From NCBI GenBank assembly GCA_004284765.1, contig NQJD01000045.1:1-15844 (forward strand): a stretch of DNA of 15,844 nt. The letters run 5' to 3'. The notes beneath the pieces were generated by a model, which had not been told where the DNA came from, made no database searches, and saw only the letters and a list, made by a program, of their open reading frames with translations. Each line of letters starts with the position of its first letter. The first letter of the stretch is position 1. The position numbers and the translations under genes were made by a program. The DNA comes from Candidatus Electronema aureum (GTDB lineage: Bacteria > Desulfobacterota > Desulfobulbia > Desulfobulbales > Desulfobulbaceae). Below, in pieces: positions 1-7,172 of this stretch.

Positions 1-101
1 TAACCCAAGTTGTGACCTATAACTCTTGAAAAATCCATGCTTCCCCGCGTATGGTATACTTCTGCTGTCTGGCACGAATATAACCGCACACGGAGGAGAG
101 C

Positions 102-338
102 ATGGAACTCAAGATTACAACATTTTACTGTTTATGCGATGATTTTTTAATTTCCAAGGGCTGGCACGATGACCCGCAATGCACGATGAGCACGGCTGAG
201 GTCATGACCGCAGCTTTGACTGCCGCCGCTTTCTTTTCCGGCAGTTATGAAAAAAGCTGCGTATTTCTTGAGCAGCATGAATATATGCCTGCCTCGGTAT
301 GCTTCAACGTATCATCTGGTATGGTTGAAGCATACTAG
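102..338 (+). pseudogene. N-terminal fragment of an IS982-like (IS4/IS5-superfamily DDE) transposase; no catalytic domain present
   Basis: The first ~63 aa (MELKITTFYCLCDDFL...MSTAEVMTAALTAAAFFSGSYEKSCVFLEQHEYMP) match, from memory, the N-terminal region upstream of the DDE domain in IS982-type transposases (xYCxxDDFL ... S.AEV.T.AL.AA.FF.G...). A GGAGGAG Shine-Dalgarno sits just upstream of the ATG. The expected continuation (..MLSKSRFNRRL.. and the ~200-aa DDE domain) is absent, and the ORF runs into repeat DNA and stops at 338. Family assignment is by eye only. Confidence 0.5.
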
Positions 339-427
339 GTGATACGTTTTTCCTATTGTCAGGTATGGTTTGACCATACCAATGGTATGCTTCAAGCTAT
401 TGCTGGGTATGGTTCAGCTAGTCTGTC
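296..427. repeat. Phased array of GGTATG(C/G)TT motifs with 22-bp register, plus inverted copies
   Basis: GGTATG starts at 296, 318, 362, 384 and 406, giving spacings of 22, 44, 22 and 22 bp. The 340 slot is degenerate (GGTGATAC at 338). Two subtypes occur: GGTATGCTTCAA at 296 and 384, and GGTATGGTT at 318, 362 and 406. Inverted copies are GCATAC at 330-335 and ACCATACC at 373-380. These form the palindrome GGTATGGT-ttg-ACCATACC (362-380) and the inverted repeat GTATGCTTCAA (297-307) / TTGAAGCATAC (325-335). A related GTATGGTATAC lies at 49-59. Confidence 0.6.
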
Positions 428-472
428 GATGCGTTTTGCGTGTTCCGGGAGTGGTTCTGCGGCAAAGACAGC

Positions 473-1111
473 CTATTGAAAGGGTGAAACCCTGTGTTCG
501 CCCGTCTCTATCTGCGGGCTGATATCTTGTCCAGTCGACCAAGCTCTTCCTTCCTCAGAATCAAAGAATTCAAGAAGCATCTTTCCTGCCTCTTGGATAG
601 CTTGCATCCTCTTTTGCAGTTCATCAAGCTCAGGCAGTATTTTCTCTCGCTGTAGATCGAGGTGTTTTTCTACTTCCTTCCAGCTTTCAAGAGACAACGG
701 ATTTAAACGAGGCAGCAAGTGATGAACTAATTCGTTCCGTTCATTCTTTAGAGCCTGCAAGGATTCCTTCTTTCTCTCGAAATATGCAGGATCATCACTC
801 TCCAGCCATGTTTCAACTTTCAGATAGCACTTTTTTAAACGATCATGGGATTCTTCAGCTCCTTCTACATCAGCTTTCGGCTTCATTTCTTCAACGTAAT
901 TGCATATCAACTGCCCTAATGTCCTCTGGTGAATCGCTTTTTTCTGTCGGTCAAATGAAGTTTGGAATTCGCTGCTATACCCCTCGATTTTTGCGCGAGC
1001 TAACAGCCATTTGATAATATGTTCAATCTGTTGGAACAGAATTAAATTCCTTCCAATTTTGCGTTGAACTTCATTCTTGATTGGTTCTAATTCAACAGGA
1101 AATTCCATCAT
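473..1111 (-). CDS. Hypothetical all-helical protein with a HEPN-like RNxxxH motif (possible RNase/toxin-type domain)
   Basis: A 212-aa ORF with no competing long ORF. AGAAGGA lies upstream of the ATGATG start. The sequence is rich in charged residues and predicted helices. It contains ...LKNERNELVHHLLPR..., which fits the R-[N/D/H]-x3-H (Rx4-6H) signature of HEPN nucleases. Local GC is about 42% (hand count), below the backbone. No family could be named by eye. Confidence 0.65.
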   Translation of the reverse strand: MMEFPVELEPIKNEVQRKIGRNLILFQQIEHIIKWLLARAKIEGYSSEFQTSFDRQKKAIHQRTLGQLICNYVEEMKPKADVEGAEESHDRLKKCYLKVETWLESDDPAYFERKKESLQALKNERNELVHHLLPRLNPLSLESWKEVEKHLDLQREKILPELDELQKRMQAIQEAGKMLLEFFDSEEGRAWSTGQDISPQIETGEHRVSPFQ

Positions 1112-1156
1112 CCTTCATATCCTTCTCAAACTGACCTCGAACACTTCCAAAACATC

Positions 1157-1264
1157 TTACGCCGCTTGGCGAGTCAGCTCCAGCGTTTCCCGGTCAATCT
1201 GCTGCAACGCCCGCTGGATGTGGTTGACTTCATTCTCCGCAAAAAGCGGCTCGCCGCATTGCGT
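1157..1264 (-). pseudogene. Start-less 35-codon C-terminal relic of an unidentified gene
   Basis: Minus-strand frame reads TGA|TQCGEPLFAENEVNHIQRALQQIDRETLELTRQAA|TAA. It is bounded upstream by an in-frame stop (1265-1267) and has no plausible start codon. Its composition is GC-rich and backbone-like, and it sits exactly between the adaptor stop codon (1276) and the AT-rich patch. Its identity is unknown. Confidence 0.3.
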
Positions 1265-1275
1265 TCAGACTTAAA

Positions 1276-2658
1276 TCACTTCGGCGGCTGATTAACTGGC
1301 GGAGCAGCTACCGCCTTTTCTCCAAACGGCGCAGCCTTCACATCAGCACCAGGCCGGAGCATCAGCAGGCCCTCGACAATCACCTTGTCGCCAGACGCAA
1401 GCCCCTTCGAGACTAACCACTTGTCGCCCAAGGCCCGCTCAAGGACGAGCAGTCGCATCTCAGCTTTGTTTTCGGCATTAACGAGCAAGGCAAAGGGATT
1501 GCCCTTAGAGTTGCGTGACACACCTTGCTGCGGCACCAGCACAGCCGCTTCTCGCTCGCCCTCTTTGATTGCTGTGCGGACAAACATACCCGGCAGCAGC
1601 ACACCATCAGGATTGGGGAACACCGCCCGCAGCGTAACCGAGCCAGTGCTTGGGTCAACGGTCACATCGCTGAACTGGAGCGTGCCTTCGAGCGGATACG
1701 CGGCACCGTCTTCCAGCATCAGGCTGACTTTGCTCTTGTCCGCCGCCGCTTGACCGCTTTTCCGCAACTGAAGTAGCTTGGCAGTTGACTGAGGCACATC
1801 CGCATAAATGGGATCAAGCTGCTGAATAACGGCCAGCGCAGCAGGCTGATAGGCAGTCACTACCGCGCCCTCGGTCACATTGCTTTTGCCGATGCGACCA
1901 GAGATCGGAGCCGTGACTTTGGTGTAACTCATGTTGATACGGGCGGTTTTCACTGCTGCTTCCGCCTGCTGAATCGTCGCCTGAGCAGCAGCAACCGCGC
2001 TGCGGCTGCTTTCCACCTGCGCCTCAGCTGCGGCTAATGTCGCCTCAGCCACAGCCACCTCAGTAGCGGCCTGATCACGTTGGACAGCAGAATTCACCTT
2101 GCTCTTGAACAGCTCCTCAGCGCGGTTGCTGTTGGTGCGGGCAAGGGTCAGCGTAGCCTGAAGCCGGGCTAAATCAGCAATACCAGCTTTCAGCGCAGCC
2201 TGTGCCCGATCAGCAGCCTTCTGCGCGGCAAGGTGACTGGCTGAGGCGTTGTCGAGCGCAGCTTGGAAGGAAGCAGGATCAATCTGATACAGCATATCAC
2301 CGGCCTTCACGTCTGCGCCTTCAGTAAACAACCGCTTCTGGATGATGCCGCTGACTTGAGGCCGAATCTCTGCCGTGCGGAAGGCAGCAGTGCGGCCCGG
2401 CAGCTCGGTAGTCAGTACCACCTTTTCTGCCTGCACCGTGACAAAGGAGACCTCTGGTATGGGTTTGCCGCCCGGAGGCCCTCCCGGTCCCCCGCTTGGA
2501 CCGCCTGCCTGCTTCGGGCCACCCCCGCTAACCAAAGCGACTAACTTGCCTGTCCAGCCTTGTTGACCGTCGCAGCCTGCACTGGCAAACAGCACAGCCA
2601 ACAGCGCAGTCCAGTGCAGCATTTTATATACAGTGGGTTGATTCATAACAAACTCCAA
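1276..2658 (-). CDS. Efflux RND-type periplasmic adaptor (membrane fusion protein, AcrA/MexA family) lipoprotein
   Basis: Signal peptide with lipobox (LLAVLFASAGC). A Gly/Pro-rich tether follows (GGGPKQAGGPSGGPGGPPGGKP). The biotinyl/lipoyl-like motifs (VKAGDMLYQIDP ... YTKVTAPISGRIG) flank an Ala-rich coiled-coil hairpin, followed by a beta-barrel/MP-proximal region. This is the typical HlyD_D23/MFP layout. It lies directly downstream of a TetR regulator. Confidence 0.9.
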   Translation of the reverse strand: MEFVMNQPTVYKMLHWTALLAVLFASAGCDGQQGWTGKLVALVSGGGPKQAGGPSGGPGGPPGGKPIPEVSFVTVQAEKVVLTTELPGRTAAFRTAEIRPQVSGIIQKRLFTEGADVKAGDMLYQIDPASFQAALDNASASHLAAQKAADRAQAALKAGIADLARLQATLTLARTNSNRAEELFKSKVNSAVQRDQAATEVAVAEATLAAAEAQVESSRSAVAAAQATIQQAEAAVKTARINMSYTKVTAPISGRIGKSNVTEGAVVTAYQPAALAVIQQLDPIYADVPQSTAKLLQLRKSGQAAADKSKVSLMLEDGAAYPLEGTLQFSDVTVDPSTGSVTLRAVFPNPDGVLLPGMFVRTAIKEGEREAAVLVPQQGVSRNSKGNPFALLVNAENKAEMRLLVLERALGDKWLVSKGLASGDKVIVEGLLMLRPGADVKAAPFGEKAVAAPPVNQPPK

Positions 2659-2676
2659 GGCACAAAGGAAGGCCGA

Positions 2677-3291
2677 TCAGTCCATCAGCCCGTGGAAGAA
2701 GACGTTGAGGATGATATCAGGAGATTCAGGATACGGATGCCGTCCTTCCAACCAGTGGAAAAGGAAGGCGTTGCAGAGACTGTCCAAGGCTAAGGCTACG
2801 TGATACGGCTCGGCAGTGCGGCGAAAGAGACCACTGTTCATGCCGTGAATAAAGACCGCTTCCAAGCGGCGCAGCACTAACTCGCAGCGTTCGCGTATCT
2901 CGCTGTCTAACCCGGCCTTGATGTTGAAACTCGCGCCCCGGTTCTCAGCAAAATACAGGCGGACGCAGGCGGCGTTGTCCATGAAGACCTGGCCTTTAGC
3001 TTGGACGTAGTTACGCAGTTGGGCAAGCTCGTCCTCGCCGGTTGACAAGGCGTTCATCAGAGCCTCGTGAAAGCGGTCTGCCTGCTCAGAGATCAGGGCC
3101 TTGTAGAGGTCTTCCTTGTTGCGAAAGAACTTATAGAGCGTGCCGACCGCAAACTCAGCCTTTTCAGCGATCTCCTGCATAGAGACGTTGTGATAGCCTT
3201 TTTCTGAGAACAGGGCAAGGGCCGCAGCCAGCATGTCGTGCCGCTGCCTGATTCTCTCCCTCTCCCGGCGCGGGAGGCTCAGTTCGTCCAT
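2677..3291 (-). CDS. TetR/AcrR-family transcriptional regulator
   Basis: N-terminal TetR helix-turn-helix (AALALFSEKGYHNVSMQEIAEKAEFAVGTLYKFFRNKEDLY) followed by a helical ligand-binding domain of about 140 aa. Its stop lies 18 bp upstream of the adaptor gene. Confidence 0.9.
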   Translation of the reverse strand: MDELSLPRRERERIRQRHDMLAAALALFSEKGYHNVSMQEIAEKAEFAVGTLYKFFRNKEDLYKALISEQADRFHEALMNALSTGEDELAQLRNYVQAKGQVFMDNAACVRLYFAENRGASFNIKAGLDSEIRERCELVLRRLEAVFIHGMNSGLFRRTAEPYHVALALDSLCNAFLFHWLEGRHPYPESPDIILNVFFHGLMD

Positions 3292-3355
3292 GTGTTGATA
3301 AGCAGTCTTGATCTGGTTAGTGATGCTGTCATGCAGAAGATGATACGCGGTTCAT

Positions 3356-3387
3356 ATTTTAAACTGAAGTATCTGCTTGTCAAGCAG
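3356..3387 (-). promoter_or_regulatory. Sigma70-like promoter with overlapping palindromic operator for the tetR-adaptor operon
   Basis: Minus strand reads TTGACA (3383-3378), 16 nt spacer, TAAAAT (3361-3356). The -35 lies inside a perfect 15-bp palindrome CTGCTTG-t-CAAGCAG (3373-3387). A 1-nt centre rules out a hairpin, so a dimeric-regulator (TetR-type) operator is more likely. Confidence 0.45.
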
Positions 3388-3390
3388 GAA

Positions 3391-3423
3391 AATAAAAAAT
3401 CCCCGCACTACACGCCGGGGATT
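3391..3423 (-). terminator. Rho-independent terminator after the HD-GYP regulator gene
   Basis: On the minus strand the stem AATCCCCG (3423-3416) pairs with CGGGGATT (3405-3398) around a 10-nt loop. TTTTTATT follows immediately. It lies 28 nt downstream of the stop at 3451. Confidence 0.7.
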
Positions 3424-3450
3424 ATCATAGTACCTACACAGTTCAGCAGA

Positions 3451-4539
3451 TCAGCACATCGCTTCATCCTTGTTTCGCTGGGCAATAGTTTCAAACTCCT
3501 TCTCTACTCGAATCAGGGCATCATAGACATCTGGGTCAAAATGACGGCTGCGCCCTTCTTCATGAATAATAATCTGCATAGTCTGCTCATGACTGAGAGC
3601 GGGTTTGTAGGCTCTTTTGGTACGCAGAGCATCATAGACATCAGCTATCGCCATGATCCGGCCTGCCAAGGGGATGCTACGTCCTGCTAATCCTCTGGGA
3701 TACCCACTGCCGTCAAACTTTTCGTGATGACTTCCCACCAAATCCTTGGCGCATTGGAGAAAGGTCATCGGCTCGCCCGCCATCTTGGTGAGCTTATCGA
3801 TGACTTCTTCGCCGTAGATGGCGTGCTTCTTCATGATTTCAAACTCATCCCGGTCCAGACGACCTTGTTTGAGCAAAATTACGTCCGGGATACCCACTTT
3901 GCCAATGTCGTGCAGCGGTGCGGTTTTGTACAGCAGAGTGATGTATTCTGGGGTAAGAATGTCGAGAAACTTGCCTGAGTGGAAGAGATTTTCCGCTAAC
4001 GAGCGGACAAAGGCCCGAGTGCGTTGGATGTGGCCACCGGTGTCTGTGTCGCGATGCTCGGCCAGCTCACCCATCGCCACAATAGTGATGTCTTTGAGCA
4101 GCACAGTCTCTCTGGTGCGGGCTTCCACCGTTTGCTCTAAATACATCTTGTAACGGTGCAGCTCCAGATGATTACGGACGCGAGAACGTAGCTCAACTCC
4201 GTGAAAGGGCTTGGTGATATAATCAACTCCACCCAGCTCGAAACCCTTAGCCACATCCTCTGGCTCTGATCGAGCAGTAAGGAAAATCACTGGGATGGAC
4301 TGTGTTGCTTGGATTTTACGAATTTCCTGCAAGGTCTCAAAGCCGTCCATGCCCGGCATCATCACATCTAAAAGCACCAAGTCAGGTGTGCGGCTGCGTA
4401 TCCGCTCTAAAGCCTGCTCGCCAGAGGTGGCATAGGCAAACTCCATGTCCAAGCTCTTCAGATGAGCAAGGGCAATCTGAATATTTTCCGGCACATCGTC
4501 AACAATAAAGACTAACGGCTTGGTTGCGCGACTTCTCAT
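3451..4539 (-). CDS. Response regulator with REC receiver and HD-GYP domain (RpfG-type c-di-GMP phosphodiesterase)
   Basis: REC motifs are present (VFIVDDVPEN ... DLVLLDVMMPGMDGFE ... VIFLTA ... KPF). The C-terminal HD-GYP domain has LHDIGKVGIPD and HHEKFDGSGYPRGL. The start overlaps the kinase stop by 1 nt (TAATG). Confidence 0.9.
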   Translation of the reverse strand: MRSRATKPLVFIVDDVPENIQIALAHLKSLDMEFAYATSGEQALERIRSRTPDLVLLDVMMPGMDGFETLQEIRKIQATQSIPVIFLTARSEPEDVAKGFELGGVDYITKPFHGVELRSRVRNHLELHRYKMYLEQTVEARTRETVLLKDITIVAMGELAEHRDTDTGGHIQRTRAFVRSLAENLFHSGKFLDILTPEYITLLYKTAPLHDIGKVGIPDVILLKQGRLDRDEFEIMKKHAIYGEEVIDKLTKMAGEPMTFLQCAKDLVGSHHEKFDGSGYPRGLAGRSIPLAGRIMAIADVYDALRTKRAYKPALSHEQTMQIIIHEEGRSRHFDPDVYDALIRVEKEFETIAQRNKDEAMC

Positions 4540-6407
4540 TATTTCTCCTCCGCAACACTGCGGAGTGCGGTCAGCACCTGCTCCACCCCCCTGATGTCTA
4601 TATCCAGCGCGAAACGTTTCATATCCTTCCCCATTGCAGTCAGCTCTGTTGTCCCGGTTTTTCGTCCACAGTCCTCCATGCTTCGACCCAAGGCAAAGGC
4701 ATCTTCCAGATTGCCGCTCATCTGGGCTTGAGCGTAGGCGGCTTGCAGCCCGCTGTCCCAGACCGCCCGAATTGGGCTGAGATTAGGCACAAGTAAAGAA
4801 GGTGAATGCCACGGATGTACTGTTTCCACTGCACTGTTTTGGTCGATCTGAATATATCGATCAACGACCCGCTGCAATTCTTGCAGATGAAAGGGCTTGG
4901 CGAGTAGATCATCAAAGAGCGGCGTGAGACTGTCTTTGTCCAACATGAAGCCAGTCATGGCCACAATAGGAATCTGGGCCGTGCGCTGGTCTTCTTTGAG
5001 CTGCTGGGCAAGATCACGACCATCGGCTCCAGCCAGATTCAAATCCATCAAAATCAAATCAGGCTGTTCAGAGAGGGCCAGCGCAAGGCACTCATCCGGG
5101 CCAGCGGCTTCCAACACCTTAATCGGCGAATTAGTAAAATAAATCTTAACCAAATGAGACATCTCCGGCATATCATCAACCACCAGCATGACCGGATTTG
5201 TCCCTTTTTCCCGCGCTGCTAATAGACCGCAGCTCTGCCCTGCAAAGCCGTCTTCTGGTCTGCTTCCTGCCTTGTCCGCAGCTTGCACCGGCATGATGAA
5301 GGTAAAGGCAGTGCCTTGGCCCAAGATGCTTTCTAAGCGGATACTGCCGCCCATCATGCGGGCCAGCCGAGCGCAGAGGGTCAGGCCCAAGCGGGTGCCG
5401 TCATCAATGCTGACCTGCACGTCCTGCTGCTCGAACAGCTCGATCAGCCCCTGTTGCTCGCCTATCGACATACCGATGCCGGTATCCGCCACTTGGAAAG
5501 ACAGCTCCCAGCAGTCAGGCCCGGCCTCAGTCCCGGTCACGGTCAAGCAGACTTTACCCTTTTCGGTGAACTTAACGGCATTGCTAATTAAATTGATCAG
5601 CACTTGGCGGCAATGATCCGCATCCATGACGTACATCTCTGGCAAGCCCGGCTCGACAGCACAGAGGAATTCCAGCTTCTTGGCTCGGAGCTGGTCGGCA
5701 AACATGTCTGCGGCTTGCTCAATCACAGCATGAAGATTGGCAGCAGATTTCAGTACCTTGACATTGCCAGTCTCTAACTTAGACAGCTCCATCACATCAT
5801 TGATAATGGAGACTAAGGCAGTACCGTTCTTGCGGATCGTGCTGACAAAACGCTGCTGCTGCTCATTGAGGCCGGACTCAGCCAGAATTTCCGCATAGCC
5901 GATGATCGCATTCATTGGCGTGCGGATGGCGTGATTAATATTGGCGATGAATTTGCGTTTCAGGCGGTTGGCTGCCATAAGCTGCTGCTCGGTGCGGCGC
6001 AAGGCAGCCTCTTGACAGCCAGTCAATTTTTGGAGATTACGACCAATACAGACAACCAAGCTGCTGCCTTGTCTCTCTATTTGCACCAAAGTGAACTCAA
6101 CAAACAGAGCTTTGCCGTTTTTATCGGTCAGTCGGGCATGGAAGGTGCGGGAGTCGTCCCCGCGCAGTTCGGCAAGTTGCTCTTTAAGACCTGCTAAATA
6201 CGGTTCTAAGATTTCAGCGGGCTGGTTTTCAATCTCATCACTGCTCAGACCGACTGTATCAAGAAAAGTGCGGTTGGCTGCTCTGATTATGCCGCTACGG
6301 TCGAGAAGAAGCGCACAGGTGGAGAGTGCTGCAAAAATGTTCAGCACTGCGTCCCAGTCATGAAAGCTCTGTTCAGTTACACCGCTACGTTGGCTGTCTT
6401 CGCTCAT
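4539..6407 (-). CDS. Cytoplasmic hybrid sensor histidine kinase (PAS - HisKA - HATPase_c - REC - C-terminal helical tail)
   Basis: No obvious TM segment. There is an N-terminal PAS-like region. H-box: FIANINHAIRTPMNAIIGYAEIL. N-box: LINLISNAVKFT. G-boxes: VADTGIGM and GTRLGLTLC. Receiver: VMLVVDDMPE ... LILMDLNLAGADG ... IVAMTG ... KPF. Its ATG overlaps the aroK-like stop (ATGA). Confidence 0.9.
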   Translation of the reverse strand: MSEDSQRSGVTEQSFHDWDAVLNIFAALSTCALLLDRSGIIRAANRTFLDTVGLSSDEIENQPAEILEPYLAGLKEQLAELRGDDSRTFHARLTDKNGKALFVEFTLVQIERQGSSLVVCIGRNLQKLTGCQEAALRRTEQQLMAANRLKRKFIANINHAIRTPMNAIIGYAEILAESGLNEQQQRFVSTIRKNGTALVSIINDVMELSKLETGNVKVLKSAANLHAVIEQAADMFADQLRAKKLEFLCAVEPGLPEMYVMDADHCRQVLINLISNAVKFTEKGKVCLTVTGTEAGPDCWELSFQVADTGIGMSIGEQQGLIELFEQQDVQVSIDDGTRLGLTLCARLARMMGGSIRLESILGQGTAFTFIMPVQAADKAGSRPEDGFAGQSCGLLAAREKGTNPVMLVVDDMPEMSHLVKIYFTNSPIKVLEAAGPDECLALALSEQPDLILMDLNLAGADGRDLAQQLKEDQRTAQIPIVAMTGFMLDKDSLTPLFDDLLAKPFHLQELQRVVDRYIQIDQNSAVETVHPWHSPSLLVPNLSPIRAVWDSGLQAAYAQAQMSGNLEDAFALGRSMEDCGRKTGTTELTAMGKDMKRFALDIDIRGVEQVLTALRSVAEEK

Positions 6408-6916
6408 GAACGCAGCCGGGCAACAATTTCAGCGGCAATATCCGCGTTGGTTCTGCCTCGCACGGAAATTTCCAAGTCCGCAGCTTGGCGGTACTGCGGT
6501 AGCCGCTCGACAAACAAAGCCTCAGCTCGTGCTATATCCTGAAACAAAGGACGCTTTTTCATCTTTTGCTCGGCGTTGGGATGACTGCGTATGGCCTCCA
6601 GAATGCTATCTAAATCGGAATGGAGATAGATCACCTGCCCCAGCCGCTGGAGATTGTTAACCTTGAAGAAACCGCCGCCCGCTGAGACAATAGTGTGGCT
6701 CACCTGTCCCTCTAACCAGGTAGCGCACTGCTGCTCTAACTGCCGGAAATGGGCTTCGCCTTGTTCAGCAAAAATATCCCGAATTCTCATTTTGACCATG
6801 CTTTCAATCAGGTCATCGGTATCAATCGCGAAGCGGCCTGTCAGCGCGGCCAAAGCGCGGGCTGTCCTGCCTTTACCCACACCCATAAAGCCGATCAGTA
6901 TGATGTTGTCAGCCAT
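6404..6916 (-). CDS. aroK: Shikimate kinase-like protein (AroK family) with atypical P-loop
   Basis: By eye it aligns along its whole length with E. coli AroK. Shared motifs are NIILIGFMGVGKGRTARALA (P-loop region), IDTDDLIE (shikimate-binding DxD), SAGGG and KKRPLF. The P-loop reads GVGKGR instead of GxGKST. Confidence 0.8.
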   Translation of the reverse strand: MADNIILIGFMGVGKGRTARALAALTGRFAIDTDDLIESMVKMRIRDIFAEQGEAHFRQLEQQCATWLEGQVSHTIVSAGGGFFKVNNLQRLGQVIYLHSDLDSILEAIRSHPNAEQKMKKRPLFQDIARAEALFVERLPQYRQAADLEISVRGRTNADIAAEIVARLRS

Positions 6917-7172
6917 GATTTTCTATGTTCCCGCCCGACTGCCCGTCCGAGCCTAAATAATAATTATTGAACGTGGATTCTTCAAATTGTAAAACCTAAA
7001 AGGCAACCTGTAAAATGAATTTTCAGCAATGGCACTTGCGCTCCTTGTCTGTCTTTCGCGTAGTGAACTGATTTTCTCGGAAAAACTGCGTACTTTCACT
7101 GATCTGCCCCGACGTAATCATTCGAGAGCAATAGAGATGATCTTCGACAAAAACTTGAACCAAGCGTCAAGA

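Noticed and set aside
296-427. Possible CRISPR array.
   Set aside because: The repeat unit core is about 9-12 bp on a 22-bp period, with no unique spacers of 30 bp or so. No cas genes are present. It does not fit CRISPR architecture.
1385-1753. Antisense or out-of-frame track ORFs inside long CDSs: 1385-1753, 1525-1776, 2263-2544, 3238-3690, 3818-4153, 5188-5616, 6091-6363, 7029-7379, 8697-9056, 11272-11556, 12252-12539, 12940-13332 and 14968-15525.
   Set aside because: Each lies within a longer ORF on the other strand or frame that carries clear family motifs. Their translations are low-complexity, Arg/Ser/Pro-rich or Cys-rich in the manner typical of shadow ORFs in GC-biased coding DNA. 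None has a convincing ribosome-binding site.
4539-4850. C-terminal ~100 aa of the hybrid kinase as an HPt domain lacking the phospho-accepting His (..AFALGRSMEDCGRKTGTTEL..).
   Set aside because: The helical tail sits where an HPt domain would, but I cannot align it reliably by eye. The missing His could simply mean it is not HPt. This needs a profile search.
7030-7044. TGGCAC-TTGCG resembling a sigma54 -24/-12 element.
   Set aside because: The spacing is wrong: the GC does not fall 10 nt after the GG. It is also on the plus strand, with no credible plus-strand gene downstream.
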